Shown: piece by piece, positions 24,917-38,284 of the stretch
Numbering within the stretch: position 1 is the stretch's first letter
Layout: the number at the start of each line of letters is the position of its first letter
Source of the DNA: Massalongia carnosa
Taxonomy: Eukaryota
Direction of reading: 5' to 3'
Assembly (NCBI GenBank): GCA_965645245.1
Contig: OZ287071.1
Span: 248,001 to 312,000 of the forward strand
Length of the DNA: 64,000 nt
The notes under the pieces: model-generated
The model's input: only the letters and a program-made list of their open reading frames with translations
What the model was told of the DNA's origin: nothing
Database searches by the model: none
Position numbers and translations under genes: made by a program

Positions 24917-27900
24917 TTGTTGCATGTTCGCATGCTTTCAAGAGGTATTTATCGCGGAAGCGATTACGACCGAGATATCCCTTATTGCTTTCAAACTGCT
25001 GCTTCATAGGGAAAAAACCAAGAATATTAATTGCAATAACGATTTATGCATTTAGACCAACTGAAGACTTAACGACCCCTTCCTGCTCTTAACATTCCTA
25101 TATGCTCGCTCACACCTAATTATTCCATTTTTGTTCAAGCGAAGCATCCATTTCCAAAACCCACGGAACTAGAAATCCTCCCACTAAATAATCCTGAACA
25201 ATGGCGTTTCGATCAGTCCTCCAAGACACGTAAAAAAGACGCAGAATAACCAAAACGAAAAAAAAAACCTGGCAAAACTCTACTCACTTCCTATATATAT
25301 TTTTACAGAATCTTACTCCCAACACTCCTTTCTTTCGTGTATTTTCTCAAGGGGAAGGGTCGTGGATTCGGCGCTCGGGCATGGGGGTTTTGTTGTTGTT
25401 GCCTAGGAAGGAGGATGGATTTCATGCTCAAGACTTTGTTTCGGGAAGGGACTGATTGTTTGCCCGTTCCCAAGTGTTTGAGGAGGATGGATTCGGTGGG
25501 GGGGGGGGGGGATGTGAGAGAGGCGGGAGGGTTTCTTTGATGATGCTGAGGAATAGACTGGCGAGAATCTATCTGAACCTGATTGTGGATCTTTATGGAA
25601 CGCTGAGGAGGATGGATAACTTTGTTGCGAATGTCAACGGAGGAGTCGTAATGGCAAATGTGATACATACGTCGGGGGGTTTTTGTTGATGAAGAGCTAG
25701 AGTTTGATGGTATGCGGATCAAGTTAAATCCTGTGCGTAGATTACGTTTATGCATGGATTCTTCTCATGAATGAAAAAGACAGGCGATGTGGTTGAAGCT
25801 TAGTAGGATAAATGATTGAAAATCAAACACGAGAATTGAATGTGAGACATGCTTAGGAGTATAGCTTATTGTACGAAAATGGGAGCTGGCAGGTTTGAAT
25901 TAATTGCGCTGCTAACCATAGAAAGTTTCCCGATACGGGGAAGGTATTCGCATCAAACACTGGAGAAACAGCATACATAACATTGATCTGCAGAGATAAG
26001 AAATCATAGCCTGTGTAACAATCTCCTGCCTCCAATGGATCAAGAAGCGTCATGCGAGAATTTATGATTGTTTTCGGCCACTTATCCATCACAAACCAAA
26101 ACCCATATAAAGCAGTACGTTATTGACATTGAAAGACTCGTTTAGATTAAAATCGTCGACGCAGCGATTTCCTTGCGAGACTGATCTGAGTTGCGCTTGT
26201 GGTCAGCATAAGTAAGGGCTATCGGCATTCTTCCTAAGCTATTAACCTCTCGATTAATTTTAGTTATATCACAAAGGAGGCGAGCTGTTCAACGTACTGA
26301 CCATCACTACTTTGCGTCCACCGCCGTAGCAATTCCATCAGCGAAGCTAAAAAATAGGTAGACAAGAAAAAATGTGGAAAAATCACTGTTATGCCCCTCA
26401 GGCAGGCTACAAATAAATTGTAGATTCTCGTCGAGGTACTTGCGAATGCCTCCGATTTTTCGATACAACACTACACAAAAAAAACAAGACCAAGATGATT
26501 TGGGATCCGAATATCGACTGCGAATGTGAGTATGAGCGTTAATATTATGAGGTGGGATTCTTTACGCCAACGATGGGCTTCCCTCAATCCTTTGATACCT
26601 TGAGGATAAAATCCTTTGTTGGGGTTGTGTTGGGCTGCTAGCTTGGGCCTGCATAGGCGGGCTGCACCAGTGGACTTATATAAGGGGATCGCACGGGAGA
26701 ACTCCAACGGCAGGGTAGCATGAGTGAAACAGGTAGGGGTGACGGACTTGGTTGCGGTGCTACGTTATCAATGGTGCTCCTCCGGCTATAGACGCCATTC
26801 TTGCTAGGCTTCAGTGAACTGAATAATGAAAGATCGCTCATCAAGTCCATAGGATCATGACTCGAACAGAACCAATCTACCGGATGAAATGAGCATTTGC
26901 TAACGTAACCTAGTCATTGAAACAATGCGGAAAGCAGCCAGATGAAGAACTTCAAAGTAACGTACAAGTGAAGCCCTCTATCTTTGTCAGCTCGCGCGTA
27001 TTGGTCTGACCTCTTTTTCTGGAGGCTTTGGATGATCGCCTCGTCGAGAGTTTTCTGGACGTCTGCGAGGGGGAAATCCGACACCTACTGGATTTTCGAT
27101 GTCGTATCCTCCGGGGCTCCTCAATTGTCTGCTGATGACAGTTGGCCATTGATAAGCCTATGAAGGATTTGTCCGCCTAGACTTTGTATCACTCAGCCCC
27201 ATCCGCAAAAAAAAACAAATCAGAATTGTTTATTTTATCATCACAAAACTATGCCTGAACCAATTTGAAATTGTGCGAAGATAGGATGAAGAAAACACAG
27301 CATACGCTACCTCACACACGTCATGATTGAACAAGTCGCCTTTTCTTGATTCATTTAAGGTTCAGTTTTCAACAACACAGGTTTCTTCTCTGGGTGCCAA
27401 CACCACCGGTAGGAGCATCTACATGTGTACTAAGCAGAAATTGCTCAAAGAACTTCAGGAAGCGAAAATGGAGCGAACATGAAAAGTCCAGGAAGCGGCG
27501 GGCTTCTATCGAGAGTTGGGGAGGGGGGGAGAGTGAGAGCGAGAGAGAGTGAGGGCGAGAGAGTGTGAGAGCGAGAGAGGGAATGATCGTTAAGTCCTCA
27601 TACCAAGGGGAATGCAATGTAAGGAATCGGGAAGCAGGTTTCTATCACTCGAAATTTCTTTACCCCGAGTCTCGTGGTAGATGAAAATAAACCTATGGCT
27701 CTAAACTACCAGAACCCTTACGAAAGACTTCCAGTGGAATGAACGAAGGTAGGGAATGGCTCGTTGATTTGAATCGGGCAAGGATGGAGAAATGAAGTCT
27801 TTCGCTGGGGTATCGACGACTTTCTGCATGGAATATTATTATGCTTGTACTGCTTTTGAGAAGAACTATTACAAAGGGGGGGTGGATTTGCTCTAGTATA

Positions 27901-27918
27901 TCGAGAGCTTCGAGAACT

Positions 27919-29388
27919 TCATACCGCCAGCGACTCTGTAGTATCCCGGTTCGGGTTGATGCTCGAAGGATTCGTTGAAGGCCGCCGGAAACTTGGGATC
28001 GATGTATCTTGCACGCCAATATTCTGGTCTACCCTCGGTAGGTCCATCGGGTCTAGCTCATCCGTTGGTGCGATTCTGCCTCTCCCTCTCTCGAAACTCC
28101 ATTTTGTAGCACCGTTGGCCACCCCGGAGGAGGCCAGGGTATCCACGTTGCTTTGCCACTTTTCGTCTGGCTGTATATAGGCCAGGGTGTTGGGATTCCT
28201 AAAGTTGAAATTGGGCTTGACGAAAAGAGGATACATAGCGGGAATGGACGATGTCATCAAGGCGATGTAAACCTCCAGAGCGGAGAGAAAAGGGACGACC
28301 GGCAGGTCCCAAGGGGGGTCGTCGGGATCTTGGAAGGTGTTCAGGGCCTGTAATCGGAGCCCTGCGCAGATAATGGAGAACCCGCTGGTGGCTAGGACCG
28401 CATAGACTCCCACTGCCGTTACCGATATCAGTGGTCACATCTCTTTACCCTTAGAACAAAACCAACCTTTTTTCGCTCCAGAGACTTTCAACCCACATAT
28501 GACAGGAATGGGTAGCAGTACGATGACCACATCCCAGAATAGAGTCCAGGAAGATTTGAAGATACTGAAGCTCAAGCGATTTATACAGCTTGTTGGACCT
28601 TTGAGATACTCTTCTTCGTCCCAGTATATGGAGACCGGCGAGCATCGAAGAATGTTTCCCTAAGATCGTTAGATCATGACTGACTATGTTTGTGGGGGGC
28701 TTTGTCTAGTACAAGAAAAGCGGCGACGACTTGTGCGGTCAACAGAGCCACGATTCCGTGTATGATCCACCGGTGGAGTGGCAAAGGTGTCAGCCTTAGG
28801 TAAAGGAAGAGAATGCTCATCTTCAAAGCTCTAGTACTGGAATAAGCTCATGGCTCAGGATACTTTTTAATCAAATCGCCACATACCCCAAACCAAATGT
28901 TATGAATATTGTGAACGCAAAAATAACCTAGCTTTGTCAATCAAAGCAGCTCTCCATGTCAAAACGCCGACCGCAAACCTTTAGCTGGGCTTCAAGGTCA
29001 GGCTTCACCTGCTCCTGAATGTGTTTGCCCATCCCGTATTTTACGCCCACGGTAAACGCCGCGGTGCTTGCTCCAGCAAGAATCTATTCCCATTAGAAGC
29101 CTATGCTAGCGAGGGAGTTCTAAGCGCTATATATGATGTTACCCACAAGTGCAACAATCCCAAAGTACTCATCGGCTCCAATCCCTTTTGCTATTAATCC
29201 TTCACGTTTGGTTTTCAGCCGAGCATATAGCCTGAAATATATTAGCACAACATGCACGGCACCTCTCATAACATCGTGCACCTGAAGGCGAAAACCAGAC
29301 ATGTGATAGAAAACAGAACAATGGAGACTGCTTCAAACACTGGACCTCTGTCTTCAAGAGCGGGATTTGGTGTTTTGGTAAAGTACAT
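27919..29388 (-). CDS. Pth11-like / fungal rhodopsin-domain integral membrane protein, multi-exon
   Basis: Exons read MYFTKTPNPALEDRGPVFEAVSIVLFSITCLVFAFR|LYARL...GIGADEY..., then TALKMSILFLYLRL, and finally ...LEVYIALMTSSIPAMYPLF. Confidence 0.8.
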
Positions 29389-32280
29389 TACAGAGGAGGC
29401 CGCGGTGCATGGAAATGATGGAGAGATTAAAAATATTTGCGTTCCATGAGCTGTATTTTAGCAGTGTTTAATTTTTCTAGCAGGACATACAGTTTGTACT
29501 CTTTTGTACCCAATTGCAGCAAGATAATCGCCACCTGAGCTCTGCGGCGTAGACCTCGCTATAGTATGGAAGGTTTTGGTGGGTCTCCTTACCGGATAGG
29601 CCAGCATCACTCATTGATCATGCTGACGTATACCTCCATTATGAAATCAAATACTATGACGGCTGACTGTTCTAGGGATCTGAGAAAAATCGAAAAGGAT
29701 AAAAGCAGCCAAAATATGGGTACGGCTTACGCCACGACAAAGACCAGCTCGTTGAAAGCTTGGAATACCCAAAACGTCAAGCTACCAGGTCGGAAGAGAG
29801 CCATGTGAACGTGGAATGGTCCCCCGGCCCGTTTCATGGAGGATGCCGTTGACGATTTTACAATCTCACGAGGCTCCGAGAGTTGGGTCGTATACTGAAA
29901 CGTAACATTGCACTGATTGTGACCAGTTTTAAATTTGATGGGCAGCAAGCTTTTCGTCAAGTTATAACAAACCGCAATCTTAAGGTCCCTCAAGTCGTCA
30001 GTAACTCTGGCCCTGCAGTTCGAGCTAGCTAGAATCAAAACCTTGAGTGTTTGCGAGTTTCTCGTGTGGAAAGCCAACGTCATCGTAAAAGCCCGTTAAG
30101 CCACACTTCGTAACAGTGAGAGATGAAGGGAAATTCATTTTCTTCCCGAATTTGGTTGACGCTCTCTTAATTCTCTTGAAAGTTTTAAGAAGCTAACAGC
30201 GTTCCAATCAAGTATAATCAATCAGGCGCTCGTAGGATAGATAATTATGCCACAAAGGGCTTAAGACTCTCATTCTTTTCTTGCAAAGATTTTTCGGCAA
30301 TTCCCCAAGGCAAGTTCTCGATAAAGCGTCAATAGTAGCTCCAAATGCGCAAAAGACTGAGTTAGGCTTGCGCCGCTTGAAGTCAAACGAATCGAAAGGG
30401 GACCCTTACCAAAGTCAGATTTGAGTTATTTTCAAAAACATAAAGCCCCAAAGTGACTTCATCACAATCCGAGAACCGAACATGATAAACCACAGGTGAG
30501 TTCTTTGAATCGACAGCCCAGGCGCGTGGTTTCATCACGTTGTTTCAGCTCAAGGACTGAGTCCGACCCACCGAACCTGCCGGCATTCCGACTGGCTTAC
30601 GTCAAAGGGTGGCTTGCCATTGCGTGGACAAGCGGTGGAAGGCTTAATGATGATGTCAATTGGTTCGTCTCAGTAGATTCAACTAGGCACCTGGAGGATT
30701 GTTTCATCGATAATTCTCTGTATCATATGTCGCTGTTGACGTTTTGGAGTGGTAGTGGCTGCACGTTTGCCACGCGAGGTCCTTTCGGCATCACCCGAAC
30801 CCGAACAGCCGGTAGTTACAGTTACTGTAGTTTAGGGGCGGCTATCTGGGCTTTGCTTACACATCGTTATCAGCATTATAAGCAGTGGTGACGCTGTTGG
30901 TAGCCCAGGCGGCCTTGGCTAGAGCTCGGGCGATGAGAGCGGATTTCATGATGAGGAAGTGAGATTCTGGTTCCAAACGAAGGCCTGCTTACGCCTGAGG
31001 ATGTGTTTCTCTATGCGTTTCTCTTCTCCGATGGGTTAAAAGGCAATTGTTGTGTGTTGCTGAACGACCTTTTGAGCAATTATATAGTATATCCAGCCAA
31101 GACAAGACTGGATCATCATGGCCGACTCAGGACAAAGATTCTTGGATCTTGCGGAGTGCATCGTTCAACTTTGGGATCTCAGCTGGTGCTCATGTTCCGC
31201 GAAGTCCGCTTCCATGTGCTACATGATTACTTGACGAGAACGAACACCGTGATGAGATCCACTTCGGTGGGAGTGTTGGATGTGTACAGAGTAATTACGA
31301 GCGTCACGTTTCAGTGTTTTCGGCAAGATGGCAGCGAAGCCCTAAGTAAGGGCTATGGCCCTACTGTGTACATTCTCCCAATGAATGGCAACCGAGCCTG
31401 ATTAAGGGTTTTCCATCGATTAATCGCGAACGGAGTACCTCCCCCATCTGATGTATCTCCAAGGACGATAGAAGGACGATAGAGGAACGTGACGAAGCCG
31501 CAACGCTTCTCATCAGAAAAATGCCAGCATAGGGATAAGTTGTGGCAGTCTTGCTTTTTCCTCGCAGATTCTCATTCACATAGATTAGTATTCAAAAGCT
31601 AGCCACTGTGAGAACGCCTCCGACGGTTTCGGGAGTTTTCTAAGTATGTTCAAAAGCCGGGAGTATGGGAGGCGACTCTTTACATCTGGGTACTACGCTC
31701 CGAAGGTTGATAGCAACGGTGCTCTTACAGCAGTTCATCGGCATTTTGTGTCGGACGACCAAGGCCCGTCCTCGATTGATACCTGCTAAAGTATTCAAAG
31801 AATCCACGAGGTTGATCGTCGAGTTAGCAGAGTAAAAGGGTCTCCTTTTCGCCTTACGTATGCATCTTCTTTGTCCTTCATCGTGGCTATTGACTCTGCT
31901 GATCTTTTCATTCATTCATATATGCCCTTTCTGGCTTTATGTTTTCTTTCACAAAGGACTCCTTGTTCCTGCTTACTGAGTCGACAATGCTTCGGAGTGC
32001 CTTTCTTGAGTGTGAGAGATTCTTCGTATCACTAGCCACATAGCTATTGACAGGAACATTATGAAAGAACTTGATGACAAGGAAATCTCCAACAATATCG
32101 ATACAAGCCTTCTTCGATTGTTGCCAATTGAAATTATAAAAATCAGCCTACCTAGATGATTTATGAAACCCCCTCCCCGATATCCAGACAACCCATCCTT
32201 TACTCCTTAGCGCAAGCTTTACACAATCTGCGCCTTCATCATCTTGAGGCATCCGAACTCGAATTCACGGAACTTCAATA

Positions 32281-33693
32281 ATGCCACCTGCTTACTATAA
32301 CTCAATCACTAGTGACGACGAACGGAGCGAAGGAGAGGGCTATGCCTTTCGGTCGCATGATGCACGAAGACGGCGCGATGGCTCGGCCTATCCCGGTCAT
32401 GATTCCTCTCAACGGACGCGCCGAGACTCTTTCGAGTCGTGCTATCGTCACTCTCTGTCTCCAAGAAATTCACGAGGGAGAGAAAAACCGAACTATGCCT
32501 CAGACAGCGACTCGCGCTATTTCTCCGACGAACCGTCCAGAAGAAGCTGGCGTCAAGAGACCTCCGGAGACTCGAAGAACCATTCCACAGGTGAGTCCTT
32601 CAATTATGGACGACAAAGGTCGCCAGGTTCCAAGTATCACTCCTCCGAGCCAAGCGCAAAAGAGCGCGGAAGTAGGCCCTTCGAATACGGACGGCAAAGG
32701 TCGCCAGGTTCCACATATCGCTTTTCAGAACAACGCCCAAAAGAACAGTCGAGTAACTCCTTCGGTTATGGACGACAAAGGTCGCCAGGCTCGAAGTACC
32801 GCTCTTCAGGCCCAAGCCCAAGAAAGCCAACAGAGAAGTACTTCGATTATGGACGACAAAGGTCGCCAGATTCCAAGTATCGTTTCCAAGGATCACGCCA
32901 AGAACAACGGGAACCTGCGTATTTTTGCTGGCAATGTCAACAATCGTTCACGAATTCCGAGAGCCGTTCAAAGCATCTAAAGTCCTCGCTGATGCACGTT
33001 ATGTGCACGGTATGCGACGACGACCACGATTTCAAAACATCCCGGAAGCTCCACAGCCACTGCAGATCGATGCATTATTCCGTTTGGTGCGAAATCTGCT
33101 GCGAGACTTTTGCGTGCAATGCCGACAAAAAGGCGCATTTTGAAGCCATGCACTTTCTCTGCAAGCCGTGTAAACGGTGGTTTCCCACATCGCTCGAGCG
33201 CGGGGAACATTATGAAATATCGGACAAACACGTAAAAGACTACTGCAACATTTGCGAGACAATCTTTCCCGATCTCCGAGCGCACACTGCTGACCATCTT
33301 GCAAGGAGGAAGCCAAGGGGCTATACAGAAAAGTCCCGCACCTACAGCTACCGGTCCAACACCAGGCGTGATTATCGATCACAAGACGATCCACATACTC
33401 CCCCCCGCGAAACGCCATCCCGGTCCATTCCCCGGCCTCCCAGCGGCGGCATCCACTACACCACCCTAGGGATCGATTCCAGCGCCAGCCACGAACAAGT
33501 GGTACAGGCCGCGAAGAAACGCCGCATCGAGACCCATCCCGATCGGCTGAAGAGACGGCTGGGCCTGACGACGAGAGAATTGGAACGAATCGACGAGGAG
33601 GCAGGAACGGTCGGGAATGCGGCGGATATTCTGTCGAGCCCCGCGCTGCGGGCGGAATACGACAAAGCGGTGGGGTCGGGCGCCCAAAGGTAG
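32281..33693 (+). CDS. C2H2-type zinc-finger array + C-terminal J-domain (DnaJ) protein with an Arg/Ser-rich repeated N-terminus
   Basis: Five CxxC...H..H/C units and HYTTLGI...ETHPDR...RAEYD (J-domain with HPD). Single 470-aa ORF. Confidence 0.8.
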   Translation: MPPAYYNSITSDDERSEGEGYAFRSHDARRRRDGSAYPGHDSSQRTRRDSFESCYRHSLSPRNSRGREKPNYASDSDSRYFSDEPSRRSWRQETSGDSKNHSTGESFNYGRQRSPGSKYHSSEPSAKERGSRPFEYGRQRSPGSTYRFSEQRPKEQSSNSFGYGRQRSPGSKYRSSGPSPRKPTEKYFDYGRQRSPDSKYRFQGSRQEQREPAYFCWQCQQSFTNSESRSKHLKSSLMHVMCTVCDDDHDFKTSRKLHSHCRSMHYSVWCEICCETFACNADKKAHFEAMHFLCKPCKRWFPTSLERGEHYEISDKHVKDYCNICETIFPDLRAHTADHLARRKPRGYTEKSRTYSYRSNTRRDYRSQDDPHTPPRETPSRSIPRPPSGGIHYTTLGIDSSASHEQVVQAAKKRRIETHPDRLKRRLGLTTRELERIDEEAGTVGNAADILSSPALRAEYDKAVGSGAQR

Positions 33694-35453
33694 AGTGGAG
33701 TGTCTGCATGTGAGTCTTGTTTTTGTTCCTCAACTCGACGTTTCTCGCGTTCACGAACAGGCCCCATTCACCCCAAAGGTAGGTGGGTTGCTTCTGGATT
33801 CACAGAACGGTTTTTGGTAGGCGTTGAGGTTAGATCGGTCTTACTCAGTCAGTATGAAAATTGGGAAAGTTACTTGTAAATTAATCTGCGTCTCTTTCCA
33901 CATTCCGTACCAACAACTCAACAGTCCGCAATGAAAACGTGAGGCATAATTTTTAGGGGAGTTTTCACATGTCTACTTACCCCAATTACACTATTCATTA
34001 GCAATTAACCACGCTACCCCTGCGTTCTAACCCGTATATTCAACCTCTTTATCCCCCCTATCTTCCAGCCCAGCAGTCACATACATACCTCTATCAGTCG
34101 TCCTTCCTATTTTTATCAGACCTATCTCAAGCATTTATGGAGCACTTTATGGGCTCAGATATAGACAGTATTGGTTAGGTGCACTACTTACCCACCTGCC
34201 GAGGTTTATGGGGGGGGAGGGTGGGGCCCAAGGACGAGTGCAAGCAAGCGCCATGTCTGACAGGATAAGCATAAAAGAAGACACGGGATTGGGTTATCGT
34301 GATCCAGGCTCGTTCGTGGTGAGTATGATGTTACATAGGTTATAGGAGGTTCGTTCGATCAAAGTTGCCAAATGTCGACTGTTGGTTGTAGCCCCAGCCA
34401 TATGCCCAGTAGAGTAACCCCGTGTTTTGCCCTGCGCTAAACTTCCCCATCACCAGCGTAACCACTAAACCCCCCTTGTTCACGCAAATGCATTCCAGCG
34501 CGGTGTTCTTCGGCTAAAGGATGAGAGTCTTAGATAGATACCTAGGCCCAAGTCTGGGGTTGCTTTTGGTGGAGGCTCAGACCATTTTGGGACTTGGAGA
34601 GCGTTGCCTAGGGATTATGCAGGCAGCATTGAAGACTGCTCGTTATGGAATTTCAGGATTCCGTGAATGTCTACGCCTTCTCGTTACTGGGAACTTTCGA
34701 GTTGTAGGTAGTACATGGGTCGAGGTTGAACTGCAGTTGTTCGATGTTGGAAAAAGGAACCTAGAGCGTTACGAGCCCATGTGCTACGTCTGGTGCTAGT
34801 TTATCGTCAACTGAATCTAGCAAAAGGAACAGATATCAGAGTTTTATGTCAGAGCGGCTGTTAGGTAGAGATGGTTTGGAAATCCAGAATAGCGACGAAG
34901 GAAGCGTGTAGACATGGGCTGGTGGACCAGTGGCTTCTGAAATTCGCTCCACTCTAGGTCTTTGGGATGCACCATGTACGATATTTAGTAGCAGACATGA
35001 CAGCAAACGAAAATCCGATGGGTTGAGAGATAGAGATACACTCAAGCCTGGCAAGACAGGAAGGAATCAAGATTGAGATGACCTTAACACGGCCTGCTTA
35101 CTAGGAAAAGTTACATTCGTTCACTTAAATAAGGGTAACTTTCAAACATCACGAAAAGTCTCGAGTCAACCTGTACATTATCACTTTAAATTTCAATTAA
35201 GAATTCAATACATTTCTATCGGATGAAACGATGAGAAATGATATAATGCATGAGAAGGATTTTCAGCTATCGAACCATCCCGCTAGAGCCAGATAGTTTA
35301 GCTTAAATAGTACTATTCTACTCCAAAGGTTTGGGATGCACTTGCCTACCAAAGAAGTCTGACGAAATGAAGGGGCTGCTTCGTCACAAGTTTTGCACGC
35401 CTAAATTTTCGGCCGTGGTGTCTCGTCATTTAGGACGAGGGCTTTTCCAACCC

Positions 35454-35908
35454 TCATCTATTTTCCACCTCTGCAATTGGCTCCCCCTGTTCCTCTCTCT
35501 CTCTTGCAAGCTGCCTTTGCTCCTCCTCTAGAGTATGCGTTCGAAGCTGAAGTGCATGTATTCCTCCAGCCCTTTCTAGTTCTTCCTTCAGAAGCGCATA
35601 CACCATTCGGTGCCTAGCAGGTTGCAATTTCGACTGGAAGGCTTCAGAGGTGATAACTAATCGGAAGTGGGTCTCCTTGGAGACGCTGCCCTCCATAGCT
35701 TTGTGGTGGGCGTGTTTACTCGAGTCGTTATATATTTCAAGCTTTGTAGGTTGAAGGGCCGCGGTAATCTGTTGACATGTTAGCTTGGTTCTCCCAAAGC
35801 TAGCCTTGATATTCAGTGTAAGACCTTGATGCGCATAGAGTCTTCAACTGGCGTGAGGGACATGCTGGACATCTGCCGGGCAACGTTTCGAAAACCGCCG
35901 CGAAGCAT
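35454..35908 (-). CDS. BOL1: BolA-like protein (BolA1 type), one intron ~35770-35824
   Basis: MLRGGFRNVARQMS...TPVEDSMRIK|ITAALQPTKLEIYNDSSKHAHH...ETHFRLVITSEAF...RHRMVY...GIHALQL. Confidence 0.88.
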
Positions 35909-36504
35909 TAAGTGAGTGATGCTGTTGATAAAAGCCTCGCTCTCCCGCCTCAATGTACGATTGCTCGTAGCAAGCGTGCAAGCGTAGTCAGCTAGGCCTC
36001 GCTAACCCGAAGGAGCCTAAACTGAGTCTACTTAGGATGAGACATGAACAAAGCAAGAGTGGACGATCGATCAACCTTGCAGTTATCTTTATCTGATCTT
36101 GAGATCTTGGATGGTATATAGAATGGTTGCGACGGACTATGCTCATTGTCCCGAATAAGAAGTCTAGAAAAATAATCATCAATCTTGGGAACACTCCTCA
36201 AATCTCTAGTTCAAGCGTGGGCTTAATCGGGCCTTGCGATATCCACAGAGCCTCTCTTTGGATCAGCCCTATTGTTCTGATAGCCTCTCCATGACCTTCA
36301 AGATATGGCGCATCATCGGCTAAAACATTTACGTGATCCCAACCCCGTTTGTCGATTGAGGAGTGAAATGATTCGTGCAGATCAAGGTTTTCTCTGGCTA
36401 CAAAATGTATCATTAACACCTCGATAACGGAACCGATAGGCTTGCTCGGGAGAGTGATCTGTGGAGAAAGTAAGTCGGTTGAGCAACCTCTTCACCGAGT
36501 CTTA

Positions 36505-36748
36505 TTGCAAAGCCTGGGAAGCATGAGCTTTGCTTGGAATACTCCAAGGGGCCAGAAAATTCCAATCGTTCAGTTTAGAATCAAAGCGATGCTTTCCTTG
36601 GTAATTTCGGCAAACTATTCGAAGCGACGGCCGATTCGGAGTCGTGCTCTTTGCGGGAAATATTACTGATATGATCATTGACGGATAGTTCAGAAAGCTG
36701 GCCCCCTTGAAGTATTCTAAGTAAGCTCTTACTTCCCAGGCTTTGCAA
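36505..36748. mobile_element. Degenerate fold-back / MITE (~245 bp) with ~50-bp TIRs
   Basis: TTGCAAAGCCTGGGAAGCATGAGCTTTGCTTGGAATACTCCAAGGGGCCAG (36505-36555) is the imperfect reverse complement of 36698-36748. Flanks are TA and CA. Confidence 0.7.
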
Positions 36749-38284
36749 CAACGACACTTTTTCCATAGCCAACAGCTATCTCACTGGCAGATATAGCACC
36801 ACCAATGTATGCCTGCTTGAACCCATGGATAGAGATGCCACTCATTGTCTGCATCTCACTGCCGGCCTTCCAGAAAGCTAACGGGAAACATTTTTATTAA
36901 AGGCAACGAGTTTATTTCTGTGCACGAATTCAAACGTATTATGGATTACGGGTTGCGCAAGCCCTTAGAGAACTTGCATTTATTTGTCAACCAATATTTA
37001 AGAGGCAACCTACATCGAAATACCTATATCTATCCCAGTTTGGGAAGAATGACCGTAAATCGCATCGCCAGCTAAAAAGATCATATAACCAATACCAAAT
37101 TTATCTACACAATACTCGTAACTTTTCTGATATGGATGCATCAGTTTCTTTACTGTTCCCAGAATTGATTGCGGTGGAATTTGGCGAAGCCGAGATTTGA
37201 ATGGGAAGTGTTTTAATCACGCCTAGAACTGTAACTACTCGTTGAATGGTGGGCTATAAACTTTTCGGCCGCACGAGTATAAGTTCCTGTTCTAGCAGTC
37301 GTAACCTTCTTAATTCACTGGCCAATGATAATTCATTACCCCGTAGTTAGGCTCAATATATGACCTAAGAAGTATCCTCATCGGGTTATGTAGATCTTGA
37401 ACGCGACTTCTGACACTCAACCGTATACTCACAACTGCTAGCCTACCTACTCTACTGGACTATCTATCCACAACCTGGTATGAGATCTAGTGCTCCGTAT
37501 GGAAGGCGAAGAGAAGTGATATGAGATTCGTTTTAAATACTCTGCTCTGCTGAATCTACCTATTGTCGAATAGTTTCTTGCCGAGTGGATTATTTCACGT
37601 GATTTTCCAAATGACAATTTAGCGTTTTTCTAGTTAACTAGCCTAGGAGTCGACTGATTTTTAATTTTTCCCATCCGTTGTGTTTACACGTCATCCAGGA
37701 AAATCTCTTTTCTGTAGTTCAAAGAGTTTCCTCTTCTTAGACAGGACTCTCTGGGCATCGTCCGACGAGGTATCTGTATAGGGTATAGAGCATAGACTAC
37801 TAGGTCCTATAACGACAATTCAAACGTCACGGTTGCAAACCGCAGCTCAATCAAAAAGTCAACTGATGCATCCGTTCACATCAATTGTGTTTTTATCGGC
37901 TTCGAATTCATCCTTATGAGATCAAAGGCTGATTGGAAAAAATCCTATTACTAGGTTTGCTGGCGAGTTCCCCTGTAATTCGCCACTGCTTGATATAAAT
38001 CTGCTCGCGTGTTTTTCGGGAAACAACGGTCTAACAGGTACCCTCGTCGGGCCGAGTGCTTCTAGCTTTCTAGCATGATGGTGAAGTCAATTACTGGGAA
38101 GTGTGTATTCTCAGCAGGGCGGTGTGGCTTGTCGCGACGCACTCATTTTGGGATGAATGACCCTTCGAAGATTCCAAAACAACCGAACTCCGCTCGTTAT
38201 CCTGATCCATCTTTCAGTTCTTCATCAAGCGAGGCCTTTGTCTCATAGGGACTGCTTATTGGAGGTCACAGCGAATCTTGCATT

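Noticed and set aside
27520..27580. GA-rich tract (a similar one at ~22330-22530)
   Set aside because: Ordinary low-complexity sequence.
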